The position numbers and the translations under genes were made by a program. This document shows, piece after piece, positions 29,270 to 43,286 of a stretch of 64,000 nt of DNA (position 1 is its first letter; each line of letters starts with the position of its first letter). Source of the DNA: the human T2T-CHM13v2.0 reference genome, Homo sapiens; the NCBI RefSeq assembly GCF_009914755.1, contig NC_060927.1. One strand, 5' to 3'. The notes beneath the pieces were generated by a model. The model made no database searches. It was not told the origin of the DNA and saw only the letters and a list, made by a program, of their open reading frames with translations.

Positions 29270-30173
29270 TGAAAACCTAGGATACTAGCTTCTTTGTTCA
29301 TTATCTACTTTTCTAGTCATTGCATTTGTTATTCTTTTTACCTCTTTTGAAAATTGAAATAAGCTAAAAAAAAAATAAAAGCTTCCCTTTTTTTAAAAAA
29401 AAAAGGTATCTGAAATTTCACAAAGTATGCTGGCATCACAGCATTCCATGAATATTTAATCATCATCATCAAGACAGGAGGTTGGAGAAAAAAATCAGGT
29501 TGTGATATTTGGGAACAGCAGGTGTGGGAAGGAGGGTGTTGACATCCTCTGAAAACGGATATGGCATGTTGTGTGGCAGGTTCCCTCCACAGCTCCCATG
29601 TCCCCCTGGGGTCCCAAACGTGCTTTAAGAAAACTCTGAGGAGCTGGAGCTTGTCCTCAGCCTTCATGTGGCAGAGTATCCCTGGAAATGGGGATGGGCT
29701 TTGCTGAACTCCTTTCCTTCACAAAAACCTCCACGATTTCTCTTTTCTGGGCCTTTGTACAATGTAGCTAGCTCCAGCCCCCATCTCTGTGCATTTTTAC
29801 CCTTATTACTGTTGTTAAGCAAGAACCTCTTTCATGTGTAGTAAGTCAGCAAGAGTACAGATATCCAGCTATGAGGATTTGGGATGGAGGGTAATGAAAC
29901 TTAGAGTTTACCTAGGAACGTTTATATCATACAGTGAGGAGCAATGTAAAAATGAAAGAATCGTGGGTCATTCATGTACAGATTACTTGCCTTCTAACCT
30001 TACCACACCCTCAACTTTGCCTGCCGCCCAGTGTTCCAGACACACAGGTTTTACTGCTGTTTCCTTACAGCAAGACTGATTCACCCTACAGGTTCTTGCC
30101 CCTGAGCTTTTGTACAGTCTATTCTGGGTTGGAGTTTTCTAAATGACTGTCACGATAGATGGAGAAACTGTAA

Positions 30174-30350
30174 CACTCTGGTTCTCAAACTTTTATGTGC
30201 ATAACAGCCATCTGGCAAGGCTTGTTGACATGGAGATTTCTAGGCCTACCCCCAGAGATTCTAATCCAGTAAATCAAGGGGCCTGGGCATGTGCATTTTT
30301 AATATGAGGTTCTCAGGCAGGTGTCCAGGGACCTGCGCATCAAATGCTGT
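30174..30350. mobile_element. MER5-like hAT-Charlie DNA transposon
   Basis: tggttctcaaactt...cccccagagattctaatccagta...tgcatttttaa motifs. Confidence 0.65.
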
Positions 30351-30470
30351 CTTCGGGGTGAGAGGCTCTTTCTGGACACTAAAGGCTGCCCTGGCATGAA
30401 GATCCAGGCTGATACTGGAGTCATAAGCCCTGGACTCTGGGCCTGTCTTTGATTCAGGCTGCTCACTGCA

Positions 30471-30594
30471 CTGGGGGTGGGACTATTATTTGTGTGACAG
30501 TGGAGTAAGTTTTTCCCCTGTGGACCCCAAAGATGCAGAAAGGGGGAAAGAATCCAAAATTACTGCCAAGAGGTGGAAACTGCTCACCGTGTGA
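30471..30594 (+). repeat. Dispersed direct repeat, copy A (~124 bp)
   Basis: About 91% identical to 31661-31787 (11 substitutions and one 3-nt indel by manual alignment). Confidence 0.95.
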
Positions 30595-31660
30595 TTCAGG
30601 TGGCCATTGAGTGTTGCCAATATGGAAAATCTCTTAGGCTACAGGAACAGAGGCAGGGCTGTAACTGGTCAGGGACTAAGACAGACAAAAGGAAGATTCC
30701 CTCCCTCTCCCCAGGTGATTTGGGCTCTCTGGAAACCCAGAGAGCAGTCGCAGTTCAAAAGAAATCATCAAATGTCAAGACAGAATCACTGAGTAGAGTC
30801 CCCAACAACATAATAAAGATGAAAATTAAACATAAACTTCTTGGCTAAGCATTCCAGACCCTCAATAACATGGCCTTGGCCTTAGAGGCCACCATTTCCC
30901 TTTAAACTTCAGACATTCCAAGAGAACAGAGCATTCAGTGTCTTCAAATGGGAATTCAAGGGACTGTGTTGATAGATGAGTGCCATAGGATCTTCCTCTC
31001 TGGTTCAACTCCTATGGTCCAAACTCAAGTTTTTGAATTGAACTGTTTTGTTGTTTTCATTACGTTGCCATGCCAACTTAGGTTCTAGAGTGTAATCTTA
31101 CTTTAAAAATCAATCCTTAAGTGGGGACACTGACATGGAGGTGATAACAGTTTGATACTTAGTAGCATAGAATGACAACCTAGAAGAGACCTCACTTTGA
31201 GCACGTCCAAACTGCTTTAATTTGCTGACAAGGAAGCCAAAGGATACCGAGGGAAACTTGCATAAGGGTATACTTGACCGAGCACACCCAGGGAGTTAGT
31301 CAACTAGGGAAGTAACTCTCCATGCCTACAGAGAAATGCATAATACCTTTTATCCTAACTAGTATCCCTGATACTTTCCTTGGTGTCTCAGCGTTTCAAA
31401 AGCCTATCTTATTTGCATTGTAATTTATCACTAGCTCTTCGTTTGTGTGTTTAAATTTTGTCAAGGTTCTTCTTCCTTCTTTAATTTCTTCCCTGATGAG
31501 ACATGTAAAATGCCTCAAGCTGTTAGGAGAAGAACTTTAGGTAGGAAGAAAAAAATAATCCAATGGTAATAGTTTCATCTTACTGAGGTTTTTAAAGATC
31601 AGGGTCATTTTCAATTTAATTCGACCATATATTGGGTATCCGAGTCTGCCGGTGACTGAA

Positions 31661-31787
31661 CTGGGGGTGGGACTCTTATTTGTGTGACAGAGGAGTAACT
31701 TCTTCCCCTGTGGACCCCAAAGATGCAGAAACGGGGAGATAATCCAAAATTAATGCCAAGAAGAGGTGGGAGCTGCTCACAGTGTGA
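31661..31787 (+). repeat. Dispersed direct repeat, copy B (~127 bp)
   Basis: Matches 30471-30594 at an offset of 1190 bp. Confidence 0.95.
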
Positions 31788-32264
31788 ACTGGCCTCAGCC
31801 CATTCTCTAATAGAAGCGGTGTTTTTTTCTCTGATGAAGGTGGGCTGTGGTGGTTGCCTGAGTCGGCTGTGAGATTCCATCTAGCTCTTGACATTGAGAG
31901 GTGACTGGATGGTTTCCACATCCACTCCAGCGTAACCCACACTTCCTCCTGAGCCCTGTGAACAGGGAGGAGCCCAGGTGCTTAGCAGGAATGGTGAGCC
32001 ACACCCCAGGTATGAGTCAGACCTCCCATCCAGCAAGATGGGGAAGGGTGATGGGGTGGAGACTGTGGCAAGTTTCACATTCTCCCGCCTTGTCTTTTCT
32101 TTGATTTATATTTGTAAGGAAGGGCATTTCAAAGTGAAGCTCTGCCTTATGGGGAGCCCTTCTCCCTGCCATGAATGGCTGGCAAAGTACACCCTTGTTT
32201 TCCTTTTCCTGGTTCTTTCTTAGTTCTCTGTTGCTTTGGGGGAGTGCAAGTGTAAGAGTAGGGG

Positions 32265-32429
32265 CAGGACTGGTTTGTGAGGCCAAGTGCAAAGTGAAAA
32301 TCCAGCCTCCTTGTTCAAGAACTATTAAGAATTTCAACATGACAACAGCAGAACAAAACCAAGCACAAGGCCCTTCTACCTGCAGGCCTGTGTAACTGCA
32401 CGAGTTGCATGCCCATGAAGCCATTCTTG
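32265..32429 (-). mobile_element. MER45A (hAT-Tip100) DNA transposon
   Basis: agtgcaaagtgaaaat...ccttgttcaagaactattaagaatttcaa...gcatgcccatgaagcc is the reverse MER45A consensus. Confidence 0.85.
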
Positions 32430-33889
32430 GTTGGGGTGGATCAGAAAGTCAGGTGAGGATCTGGAGTGGAGGACCCTCACTGGGTCTCAAACCAAAGCTA
32501 AAAACATACAAGAATTCTTCCCCATCTGTAATGAGTGTGAAAAATGGTGCAACATTAGCAGATTGGTATCCAGAGAGTCTCGAAGTATTGCACTTACTTC
32601 GAGATTCTGTGGCTGTCAAGAGCAGACCTTATTTTGCAAAGGAGAAAGAGAGGCCAAGATAGAAGAGACGATCCTCTGAAGGTCACATTGCTTGTTAGTG
32701 GCAGAATGGGAACTAAATCTTAGGCTTTCTAACTTCCATGCCAGTGCCCTTTTTAGCCCTCAGTGAACCTGTGCGACAATGAAATTGTTCTCTTTCATTG
32801 CGGATAAAATTGGAACTTGGAAATAAGAGTGAGATGCAGGGAAGGAAATGAGATCAATGATAAATGAATGGAGAAAACAAAACAGTTTAGGAAGCCAAAG
32901 CAGTTTGTCTGAGTCCTATCTGATACACAACATACAGCAAAGCAGACAAATGTGTATGTGGCAAAACAAAACTGGAGGAAGCAGATATTTTCAAATAAAA
33001 TATGCATATTTCCAACCAGCCTTGAGCTCATCTGATAAGGGACAGATTGTCCGGAGTAAATAGAGAGAGAAAAAAAGATGCTTTGGGCTGAATTTAGTCC
33101 CTTGTCAAAAGCAGAAGGGGCTTTTTGTTTCTCCTTCTCTGAAATGTCACCTCTCTAGCTGTGAGGCCTTGTAGGGCTGTGAAGGAAAACAGAGTAGTTT
33201 GTATATTCATTCGTTTACTCATCCACCCATCCGTCAAAGTAGGTATCTTTTGAGTACCTACTATTGGCATTGTACTGTGCTAGATCCTAAAAAGAATGTC
33301 TTGTTTAAGACATGGTCCTTATCTTTAAAGAGGGTAGACAGATGCATATTGGGGAAGAAAACTAACTATAAGAGGGCGGTACTAGTGACGTGTGTGGTGT
33401 ACTATTGGAACGCAAGAGAAGGGGAAATTCATATTGCTTAGTACCTGTTCACTTCAAAAGCTGCTGCCAGTATCTGTTCATTGTCATTGAACTCCTCTTT
33501 CCCAAAAGACTCCTGGGACAAGGGGTGTATCTGGGGAGTTGGGATATGGGATTCTTGTAGACAGTACCTATTTACCCCCAGTGATGCATGTTTATCTACC
33601 AATTTTTATCTGCATGATCCACTATGAGGGAGACCTGGACATGAGGTGATTCTGGTTCATACCTGACCAGGATCCATGCCACCTGTACTTCCTCCTGCCC
33701 ATCTGCTGCCCCAGGCAGTGTGTAAGAGAACAGCCCTGCTGAGTCCAGGGAGGAGACTAGCTTGTGTGATCATCAGGATGTCACTCCATCCCCATTTGAA
33801 AAATGGCAGAAGAGGGGTTCTAACATACCAGTGTTTCCTAACCTAAATAAGTAACAACATACGTTATTTCTCATAGACACTAGAGCTGA

Positions 33890-34270
<381 letters not shown>

Positions 34271-36619
34271 TGATCTCTGAAGGCCAATCTGGTAAAAATT
34301 ATTCTGTGCTTCCCTGCTCCTTGGCTGTTGAGCATGTCCTCTACTGGGAGATCTGTACATAGCCTTTGCTATGCCTGGAAATACAGACATGAAGTGAATT
34401 CTTATATATAGCCATATGTTCTGTCATAGTATTGCTTCACATTCATACCAATACTTTGAATTTTACAAAGCTCTTATCACCTCCAGGAGCTCATTTTCTC
34501 CCTCAACAGCCCAGGGAGGTTGGTGGGATCTGTACTGTAACTCCCATTGCACGGAAGAGGCAATCAAGGCTTGGGGAAAACTAAGCTACTTGCCTCTGAT
34601 CCCAGTGAGCAGCTGAGCAGGGACCAGAGCTGAGGTTTTCCGTGTGGCATTACTCCTACTGCTTGTGCCCCTCCTGGATGTATTATGTTACTGCAGGCTG
34701 CAGTATGGCGGAGCTCAGCATGAGCTGGGAGGAGTGTTCAGTGGCCGCTGGAAACCTAACGATAATTAGATGGATGCCGTGTGAACAATTGATGTCTTTT
34801 CACAGAGTTTCTTGCCCTTTAAAATAGCATACTTCAAACAGCAGTGCATTGCTTAGTCCTTCTCTTAAGAGACCAGGCTGGGATCCAGCATGTCTCCACT
34901 CCTCCTGCCTTTTGTGCCCCCACCCTGAGCTGTCATAAAGACATTTGGAGCTGAGTGGGAACGGTATTTGCCTCGCAATTATTTCTAATTGCCCTGTAGT
35001 TTTGTGGCGTCTAAGTGGTGTGACCTAGATACCGGTTCTGTAAAACTCTCTTTTCAGCCTGGGGTCTGTATTAGGGAGGGGGCATAAATCAGTTTGATCA
35101 GGTAACTGTGGCTGAGTCCATCTCACCAATAACATTTATACCCAACTCTACCATCTGTGCTTGTTGAAATCCTGGCTCTTCTTAACAGCCCGGATCTAAT
35201 GCCGCCTCCACCACTGTGCAGCCTTCCTGGAGTTGCTCCCTCCTCTGGATTACCATAGTACTTGTTAGGATCCTGTCTGTGGTGCTCATCATCTTCTATA
35301 TCGTGCAATGCTAATTCACTTACAAATTTTATCTTCTTGAGCTCCTTATGCCAGAGAATGTGTTTGGTTCCTTTTCATATCCTTGTCTATGTGGATAACT
35401 GAGAAAGCTCAAGGTAGTTGCTCAGTTAACTACTGTTGAGTTAGTATACATGACGTCCTCGACACGGTGGAAGCAGGTAAAAGGACTGTTTATTCATTGT
35501 GACCTCTCCTGAGTGGCGAGTTGCCAGTTTGCACTTCATTTCCTGTGGAATCGCTTCATGACCTCAGTATTCCTGGAACTTTAAACAACATTTTTTGAAG
35601 GGTGAATATTAGTTATTTTTCTTTTAAAAGAATGGAATTCAACCAATTTACTTTGTCAGCGCACACCCGTTCCTCCAGCCATCAAACAAATACAATCTGA
35701 TTTGGCCAGAGTCTGCTGAATGAAGTAGAGAATTTAGGATAGAAGATTGAAATTCAATCATACACATAACAGCATTTTGTTTTCTGTGCTCTCCTTTCTT
35801 TCAGCAATCCACCTACTTGTGCAGTTCATACTTTATTTTATACCAACTCTGTATGTAGAACACACTTGCTTAGGTTTCAGAATGTGTTCATTAAGATTCT
35901 ATTTCATTTTTTTAGCACCGTTGCTATGTCAAATCTTATCCTAGGTTTATTCTCATATGCTTCCTTTCAAGTTCTATCTGCATTTCTGAAGGAGAAATGA
36001 TACTCTCAACTTACAGATGACCAAAATTAAAAAACCTCAGAAAGATAGATTATGACTTGCTATAGGCTGCAAAGCCATTAAATGACAGATCAGGATTCAC
36101 TAAATAGATATTAATGGATCATCATTAATTCAATGTGTATTTATTTATTACCTACTATCTGCTGGGTGTTTTGAGGAGTATATGAGAGAATAAGATGTAG
36201 CATTGCCCTCAAGGGGCCCCCCATCTAGGGAGGGGGATACACACTTACATAGAGACAATATCATGTGGCACATTTCCTAATAGGAATACTGACCAGAGAT
36301 TGTGTGTACATGTGTTTGTTTTCAGAGATACACTGCTCTACATGTCTTCTACATTTTTGACAAGAGTGGTAGTGATGCTTAAAATCACAAATATCCAATA
36401 AATCAAGCCATCATAAAGAATATTAATGATAGGAGTGTAGGCCTCAGGCTTAAGCTTAATTATAACTACTTGGAGGCATACAGAAGCCATGGAGGAATGG
36501 ATGATAGGCTGCTCCTGCTCCCTCAGCTGGATGTGTATTAGAGGGAGTTGGCAGAAAAATGCAGGACTTCTTGAGGGAGAGGACAGGAGGTAAAGGTGTG
36601 TCATTGCAGAACAAGAAAG

Positions 36620-36894
36620 GCCCCACCCACAAACCCAATTCTCTGCCTCTGACGGGTTGAGTTCCACCCTGTAAACATCCTCAGTCCTTTCATTTGACTA
36701 TTTGAGGGTGGCAGTGTAACTCTCAGCCTACTTGGTGAAGTGAGATTCAGACTGAGTGGGGTCACAGCACAGGGCACTGTCTTGCCTGGCTTTATCTGAG
36801 CCAATCACACCTCTCCTGGCCACTATCTGTGGTCTAGCCCCCTTTGTGCAGAAAGAGAAAGAAGAGCCTTGAGGACCAGCCTAGTCAGGTAAGA
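36620..36894 (+). promoter_or_regulatory. Candidate GATA/NF-Y/KLF/RUNX promoter with first-exon splice donor
   Basis: TTATCT 36792-36797, AGCCAATCA 36799-36807, CACACC 36806-36811, CTATCT 36823-36828, TGTGGT 36828-36833, CCCCACCC near 36621, and CAG|GTAAGA donor at 36888/36889. Confidence 0.5.
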
Positions 36895-38044
36895 TCAAGT
36901 GGCTTGTCACTGGTTCTGCAGAGATGGGTTATTTCTCTATGAACCAATTGCTTCTGTCCCCTAAGCCGAGTTTCTGGTCACCTCCCCCACTGACTTGCAG
37001 TTTGGTTTAGGTTTGTAGTTTTGCATTACCATGTGAAATTTCCCTATTCTTCCTTACTGTCCAGGGTTGATGAGGCTTGTAGGCTAGCATTTTTTAGCCT
37101 ATAAAGCCACTTGACATACTTATCTATATATTGATTTTGATCTTAACTGCCCTATAGTGCAGTAGGATGGGTATAATTTTCTCCATTTGGTGGCTTAGTG
37201 AACTGAAGCTTGGTCAATTGAAGTGATTTGTTCCAATTGGATCAGCAGGTTAAGGCCAAGATTAGATTTGATTCCTTCTTCCCTCTTCCTCTATTATAGA
37301 ACCCAGCAGGTCATACCTTATCCCCAAAAGCCAAAAGAAGTGAAAAGCCTTTCTGAACCGTTAAATGGCAAACAAAAGGTGATTATTTCTTTGCAGGCAG
37401 TTTGAGAGGGTTATTTTTGAATTCATCTGAGGGAAATTTCATAATAATATATAGGTCCCATCAAACAGGGCTGTTTTTAGAGAACAAACGAGGGCATGTA
37501 TGTAAAGGGGAGTTGTAAACTGAAAGGTGATAGGCAAATGAGACAGCGATGACTACTTGGCGCCTGAGACATCCTCCAGATCTCTGTATAAGCAGGTTTT
37601 AATTCGGGGCTAAATGACACTCTCCAAATGTCAGAGGCAGCGTAGTGAGGCACAGATCATACAGGCCCTGGGGAAATATTTTAGCTTTTCAGTCACACTG
37701 TGGTATGTAGAAAAGCAAATCTCAATGGGGGAAAAACACCCCCAAATCCTTTCAAATACACTCATGCAATTTCCTCTCTTGTGACAGCTATCATAGTATC
37801 TCATTGTTCTACAGTTTTAAGGAAATCTCATCTTCAGTTATTATGTAGTTTACTTTTTAAGATGCTAATTTTAGCTATCATTTTTCTTTTCATGCTCAAA
37901 AGGTTATATCATTCTTAGTTGTGGAAGGAAATGTTTCCTCTGTGTGTGTGTGCATGTGTGTATGTGTGTGTGTGTCTGTTTGAGTTTATTATGACAGTAC
38001 TGATAGTCATCCCTTGGGGCCACCACAAATGCATTGGGTTGTAA

Positions 38045-38310
<266 letters not shown>

Positions 38311-38938
38311 AACTTCTATATATTCTTGGTGTCTTTCTGGCTGTAAGGATCCTGAAGAAATCGTTTAATTGATTACTTTATTCAAAACAGAGAAACTGAG
38401 GCCCAGAAAGATGAAGTGATATGCACAAGTCACACAGCCAGTATCATTGGAGCTGCAAGTCACATATGGGTCTCTTACTCTTTCATTGCCCACAATATGT
38501 AGTGAATGGTGCTAGGAGTCCCAAGCAGAAGCATTAGCCATGTCATTTTGGAGACTGTAACTAGATGTCCTTTAAGATTTCTTCCAATTAAGAGTTTTAG
38601 GGCACTTTGACCTTTGCTTAGCATCTACTGGAGATGGTATCATGCCCTTTAGAGCAGGGAAATCTGTCAGAGAAGCCTCTCTCTTTATTGACTTGGTTCT
38701 TCTGGAATATTTGCTTCGGCCAAATGTTGGAGCTGCTCCTTAGGTATAAGATGGGGAGATGGGCAAGAGGTGGTGGCATCTTCATTTTCTTCAGCCTGTC
38801 TGGATTTTTATATTTTCTGGGATCTTCCTAAATAAGTGCCACTCAGTTTGATCCTTTTAAAACTTGAAGTGATAGTTGATATTTTACTCAACATTGTTTA
38901 ATCTAATGGCAGCGTCAAGTCCGAGAATTCATTTACTC

Positions 38939-39252
38939 CAGAGCTTGCAGAGCAGCAGCCACAGGTGAATCCAGCATGCAGATGTGCTTTGTTTGTGCTG
39001 CCATGTTAAACAAGATAAAACTAGTTCCAAAGTATTTGATATCTAGGAAATTTCCTGTAAAAAATCCAGATATCTTGTTTTCAGGAAGATCAGGAGATCT
39101 GATAATAATGGACCCACATCCCCTCATGGATAACACCTGTGCTGGGGCCGGGCAGCAACTTCTTCCTGTAGATAGAACATGTTTTCCCCCATCCTCCACA
39201 GCTCCCATTTTACCTGATTTAGGCTACCAAGTGTTTGAATTTTCCACTTCTG
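38939..39252 (-). mobile_element. MER102-like hAT-Charlie element
   Basis: gcagatgtgctttgtttg, aaaaatccagatatc...ggaagatcaggagatctg, gtgtttgaattttccacttctg. Confidence 0.7.
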
Positions 39253-41052
39253 ATCTCTTCCAATCTCTTAGGTATTAGGATTCCTTTCAATCATTCTCTT
39301 TCAACGGAAACCTAGTTCTACATAATGACAGACCAGGCTACAGGTTAATGGCACCAGGGAAGAGGTGAAGTTAATTATTTGTTCCTAACCTCTCACTATG
39401 TAAGAGATATAGGATATATGATGACTTCAGTAGAACATACCGTTGGCTCTGATACCTACCCAGGATATTTTCTTCAGCTAGCTATCAAAACTCAGTGACT
39501 TGAATGCTAAAGTATTAAGCAAGATGACACTGCTGCAGCATAATATTTAGATGCCTATAAAAGAATAGGAAGGACAGTTGATACTTGCAGGGTAATCCTC
39601 TTTACTCAATCGATCAATGGCATAAAAACAAGAAAAGAAATTATGATGTATGATAGCACATAGATAGCAATATAATGCCCTGTTTCCAAAGAATCCAAAT
39701 TGCTGAAATACTAGAGACTAGCTTAATGATATGTTTTCTCTTATTCACCCACTAATATAATAATCACCTTTTGATCACCTATGGTGTATTATACAACCCT
39801 AAGCTTAGGGATTTAGGGGTAAAGAGTAGAGACCCTTTCTCAAAGGGGCTTACCATCTAGTATTGAAAATGTGTACACAAGTAACTATAATGCAAGACAG
39901 AATATGATAAATATTTCAAGACGAAGAAGAAAGCAAATATTGAGGTCTCACGAAGAAGAGATTTATGGCAACTAGGTAGGTTGCCATCAGAGATAATTGT
40001 AAGGATGAAATGGCACTCGAACTGGGCTTTGGCTCAATAGACGTGAGAAGAGTTTTCAACAAGAGAAGAGTTTAAGTAAACTCCCAAGTCAATACTATTT
40101 GAAGTATATTTGAAGGGTAGGAAGCATTTACTACAGCTCAATATAGGGCCAGTGGAACTGAAGTGGAATGAGGCCAGAAGTCTGGGTCTTCACCAGATCC
40201 TGGGTGCTGGCAGGCTCAGGGTTTCAGATCAGGCACAACATGGTGTCTTTGATGGGCATTACGGCTATTGACCAGACATTAGTTCATGATTATTAGCTCA
40301 TTGTTATCCAAGTTTGTAAGTCGTCAGTGAGAGAATGTCTGTGTAGGCACACCTTAGCTCTACATTAGGATTTTCAGAAGTAACAGAAAAAAAAGAACAG
40401 GATTAAGTTGAGCACTTACATGAATACAATACACAGTATCATGTGAAGTGAGTAAGGCAAGGTGGTGCTATACAGTAGAATTAGAAAGATGGATAAAAAT
40501 ATTTTTAAAATACGTTAAGCAACCTATAAGACTCATTTAAAAATATGGAAAAGGTTTCTCTCTCTCAAGAAAGTCTATTCCTCTGGGTTATCTGAATGTT
40601 AGAAAAATGATGATGCACAAGTTGAGTTCTTAACTTGTGTGATGTGGGAAGATTTTTTATTACGTAACCTTTGTCCTTTGGTCTGGGAAGCAGTCACTCT
40701 ATAAGGAACAGGCATAGAAGATTCTTGATATCCTGACCCTGGATTCCTTCATAATAAACATTACTGAGAAAATCGTAAATATATGCATGCTCCACTGTGT
40801 TTCACAGCATTCCAGGTGGGTGAAGGGAAAGATTTTGTTTTGCAAAGGGCTACACTGTCACCAAAGCAATATTTAATATTTACACAACTCCAAACCCCAA
40901 GGTATTTTATAAATAACCAAACTTTTCTCATTTTCATGTGTATGATTGTGTGTGGGATTGGCTTAGAGTTGTACTTATATCTCAGAGTTCTGCGCCTCAA
41001 GAGACGTATGTAGGTGATGTGACACAGAGTAAAATGAGGTGTTTGAACAAGA

Positions 41053-42990
41053 TTCATTCATTTTAAACTATTTATTGAACAATGGTTCAATTCAAACGTC
41101 TATTCAAGTGTCATTCATTGAAAGCTATTGAATATCTGTTTTAAGTTTTGGGAAGAAAATTGTGTCTTTTCTACAACCCCATAAGTAGTTCTGGTAATAG
41201 CAGCAGTGAAAAAAAATAATAATCTCTTTATTCAAGGAGCTTATATTTATAGTGATACAGAAAATAAACAAAACCATTCAGTAAAATATGTAATATATGA
41301 GATATGGAGAACAATAGAACAGAGAAAGAGGATAGAAAGTTATGGAGAGCTAGATTTTGGACAGGGTGCTTAGGGTGGAATGAGGCATTATTTGGGTAAA
41401 GGACTTAAGGATATGAAGGAGTCAGCGAGGCACTAATTGGTGAAAGAGTATTCCAGGCAGCTGGAACAGGAAGTGCAAAGGCCTTGAAGCAAGAGCTTGC
41501 CAGCCTGGCATCTTTGAAAAATAAGGCGTGGAACGAACTGAGTGGAAAGATCTTTGGATTTTGGGAGATGAAGTTAGAAGTTAGATGATTGTGGAGTGAG
41601 AACAGGGAAAAGTGATAATGCAGGGCCCTGTAAGACACAATAAGGGCTTTGACTTTCACTCTGATTGAAATAGGAGCTATTTGCAGATTTGAGCAGATGA
41701 ATGACATGGTCTGACTTATGTTTGAAAGGTATCCTTCTGTCTGTGTGTTGAGAACAGATGAGGATGAAGTGGGGAGAGAGGTGGCAGAAGAAGAGAGATT
41801 CTTAGGGAGTTATTGCTATAATCCAGATGAATGATGTGGAAGCTTGGATGAGGATGTAGCTGGTTGTGCAGGAATGAGAATGTTTTGATTCTAGTGGCTG
41901 ATATATAGAATGAGGGATAGTGAGACAGATAAGTCAAGTATAACACCACAGTTTTACCTGAGCAACAGGTAGAAAAGAGTGGCCTTTATTTGAGATGGAG
42001 AAGATGGTGAGATGAATAAGTTTTGAAGGAGTATTAGGAGCTTACTTATGGACAGGTTAAGTTTGAAATGTTAAGTGGGGAGTAAATGTATAAATCTGGT
42101 ATTCAGTGAGGATATCAGAGCCGAAGATAAAAAATGGGAATCATATATGTATGTATGTATACGCATATATATGTCTATACATATATATGTATACATATAT
42201 ATGTCTGTTTATATATGCATATACTTATATATGTATATACATATATATGTCTGTTTATATATGCATATACTTATCTATGTATATACATATATATATATGG
42301 TATTCACAGCAATGAAATCAAATGAGGTAATCAAAGGAGTTAGTATCGATAGAAAAGAGGAGAGGTTTATGGACTGACTTCTGGGGTGCTGAATGTTTGA
42401 GTTTAGAGAGGTGCAGTGAACCCAGTCAGTGGTGTACCAAATGGGAAGGGGGGTGGTGAGAGTGGTCCCATGCCAGCAGAGAGGGGTATTGTATCACCTA
42501 AATCACTTAGAATCTCTATCACATGGTAATAATGAGAATAATTCTTTTCATTTACATTTTCTGTAGACAATGCATCCCTAAATTATCAACACGTTAAAAC
42601 AGAATATTCTTGCTACTTCCTCTTTCCTCCACTTCTCTCAGGTTCTATTCGAACCCAGAAGGGAGATGGAGGAGGAGTAGCCAGCGTGCTGGGTGGACAC
42701 TAGGTGAATGTGGTGTGTCCTGGGAGTCAGGCAAAGGAGTCTTCCCAGGAGGAGAAAGTGATCAGATGGTACAGATGCTGCTGAGAGGTGGAGTTGGATG
42801 ATGCCTGAGAACTGAGCATGCAGCAGTGTGCTGGCACAGGCTCAAGACAATGGGAAGAAAGGAATTGGAGATTGTGAATATAGATGTTCCTTTCAAGGAG
42901 CTTATTTATAAAAGAAAATGGAGAAAATGGGCACCAGCTGTGAGGAAAAGGATGGGTTTTTATTGAGGTGGAGGAAAGATAACAGAAGTA
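41053..42990 (-). mobile_element. Long degenerate L2 LINE
   Basis: Reverse L2 motifs (aagtgcaaaggccttgaagcaagag, gactttcactctgattgaaatagg, atgacatggtctgacttatgttt). Boundaries approximate. Confidence 0.7.
42143..42298. repeat. TA-rich compound microsatellite with a 46-bp higher-order duplication
   Basis: gtctgttt recurs at 42203 and 42249 within alternating purine-pyrimidine sequence. Confidence 0.9.
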
Positions 42991-43000
42991 TGCTTTCATG

Positions 43001-43286
43001 GGCCGGGCACACTGGCTCATGCCTTGTAATCCCAGCACTTTGGGAGGCCAAGGTGGGCAGATCACTTGAGGCCAGGAGTTCCAGAACAGACTGGCCAACA
43101 TGGCAAAACCCCGTCTCTACTAAAAATACAAAAATTAGCTAGGCATGGTGATGCGCATCTGTAGTCCCAGCTACTCGCAAGGCTGAGACACTAGAATTGC
43201 TTGAACCCGGGAGGCAGAAGCTGAGATCACGCCACTGCACTCCAGCCTGGGCGATAGAGTGAGACTCCATCTCAAAGGAAAAAAAA
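43001..43286 (+). mobile_element. AluSz-like with a small right-arm deletion
   Basis: gatcacttgaggccaggagtt; the gttgcagtga segment is missing; TSD agaagtatgctt / agaaatatgctt. Confidence 0.95.

Noticed and set aside
40616-40640. Small hairpin cacaagttga/ttaacttgtg
   Set aside because: A 10-bp imperfect stem is compatible with chance in 64 kb.
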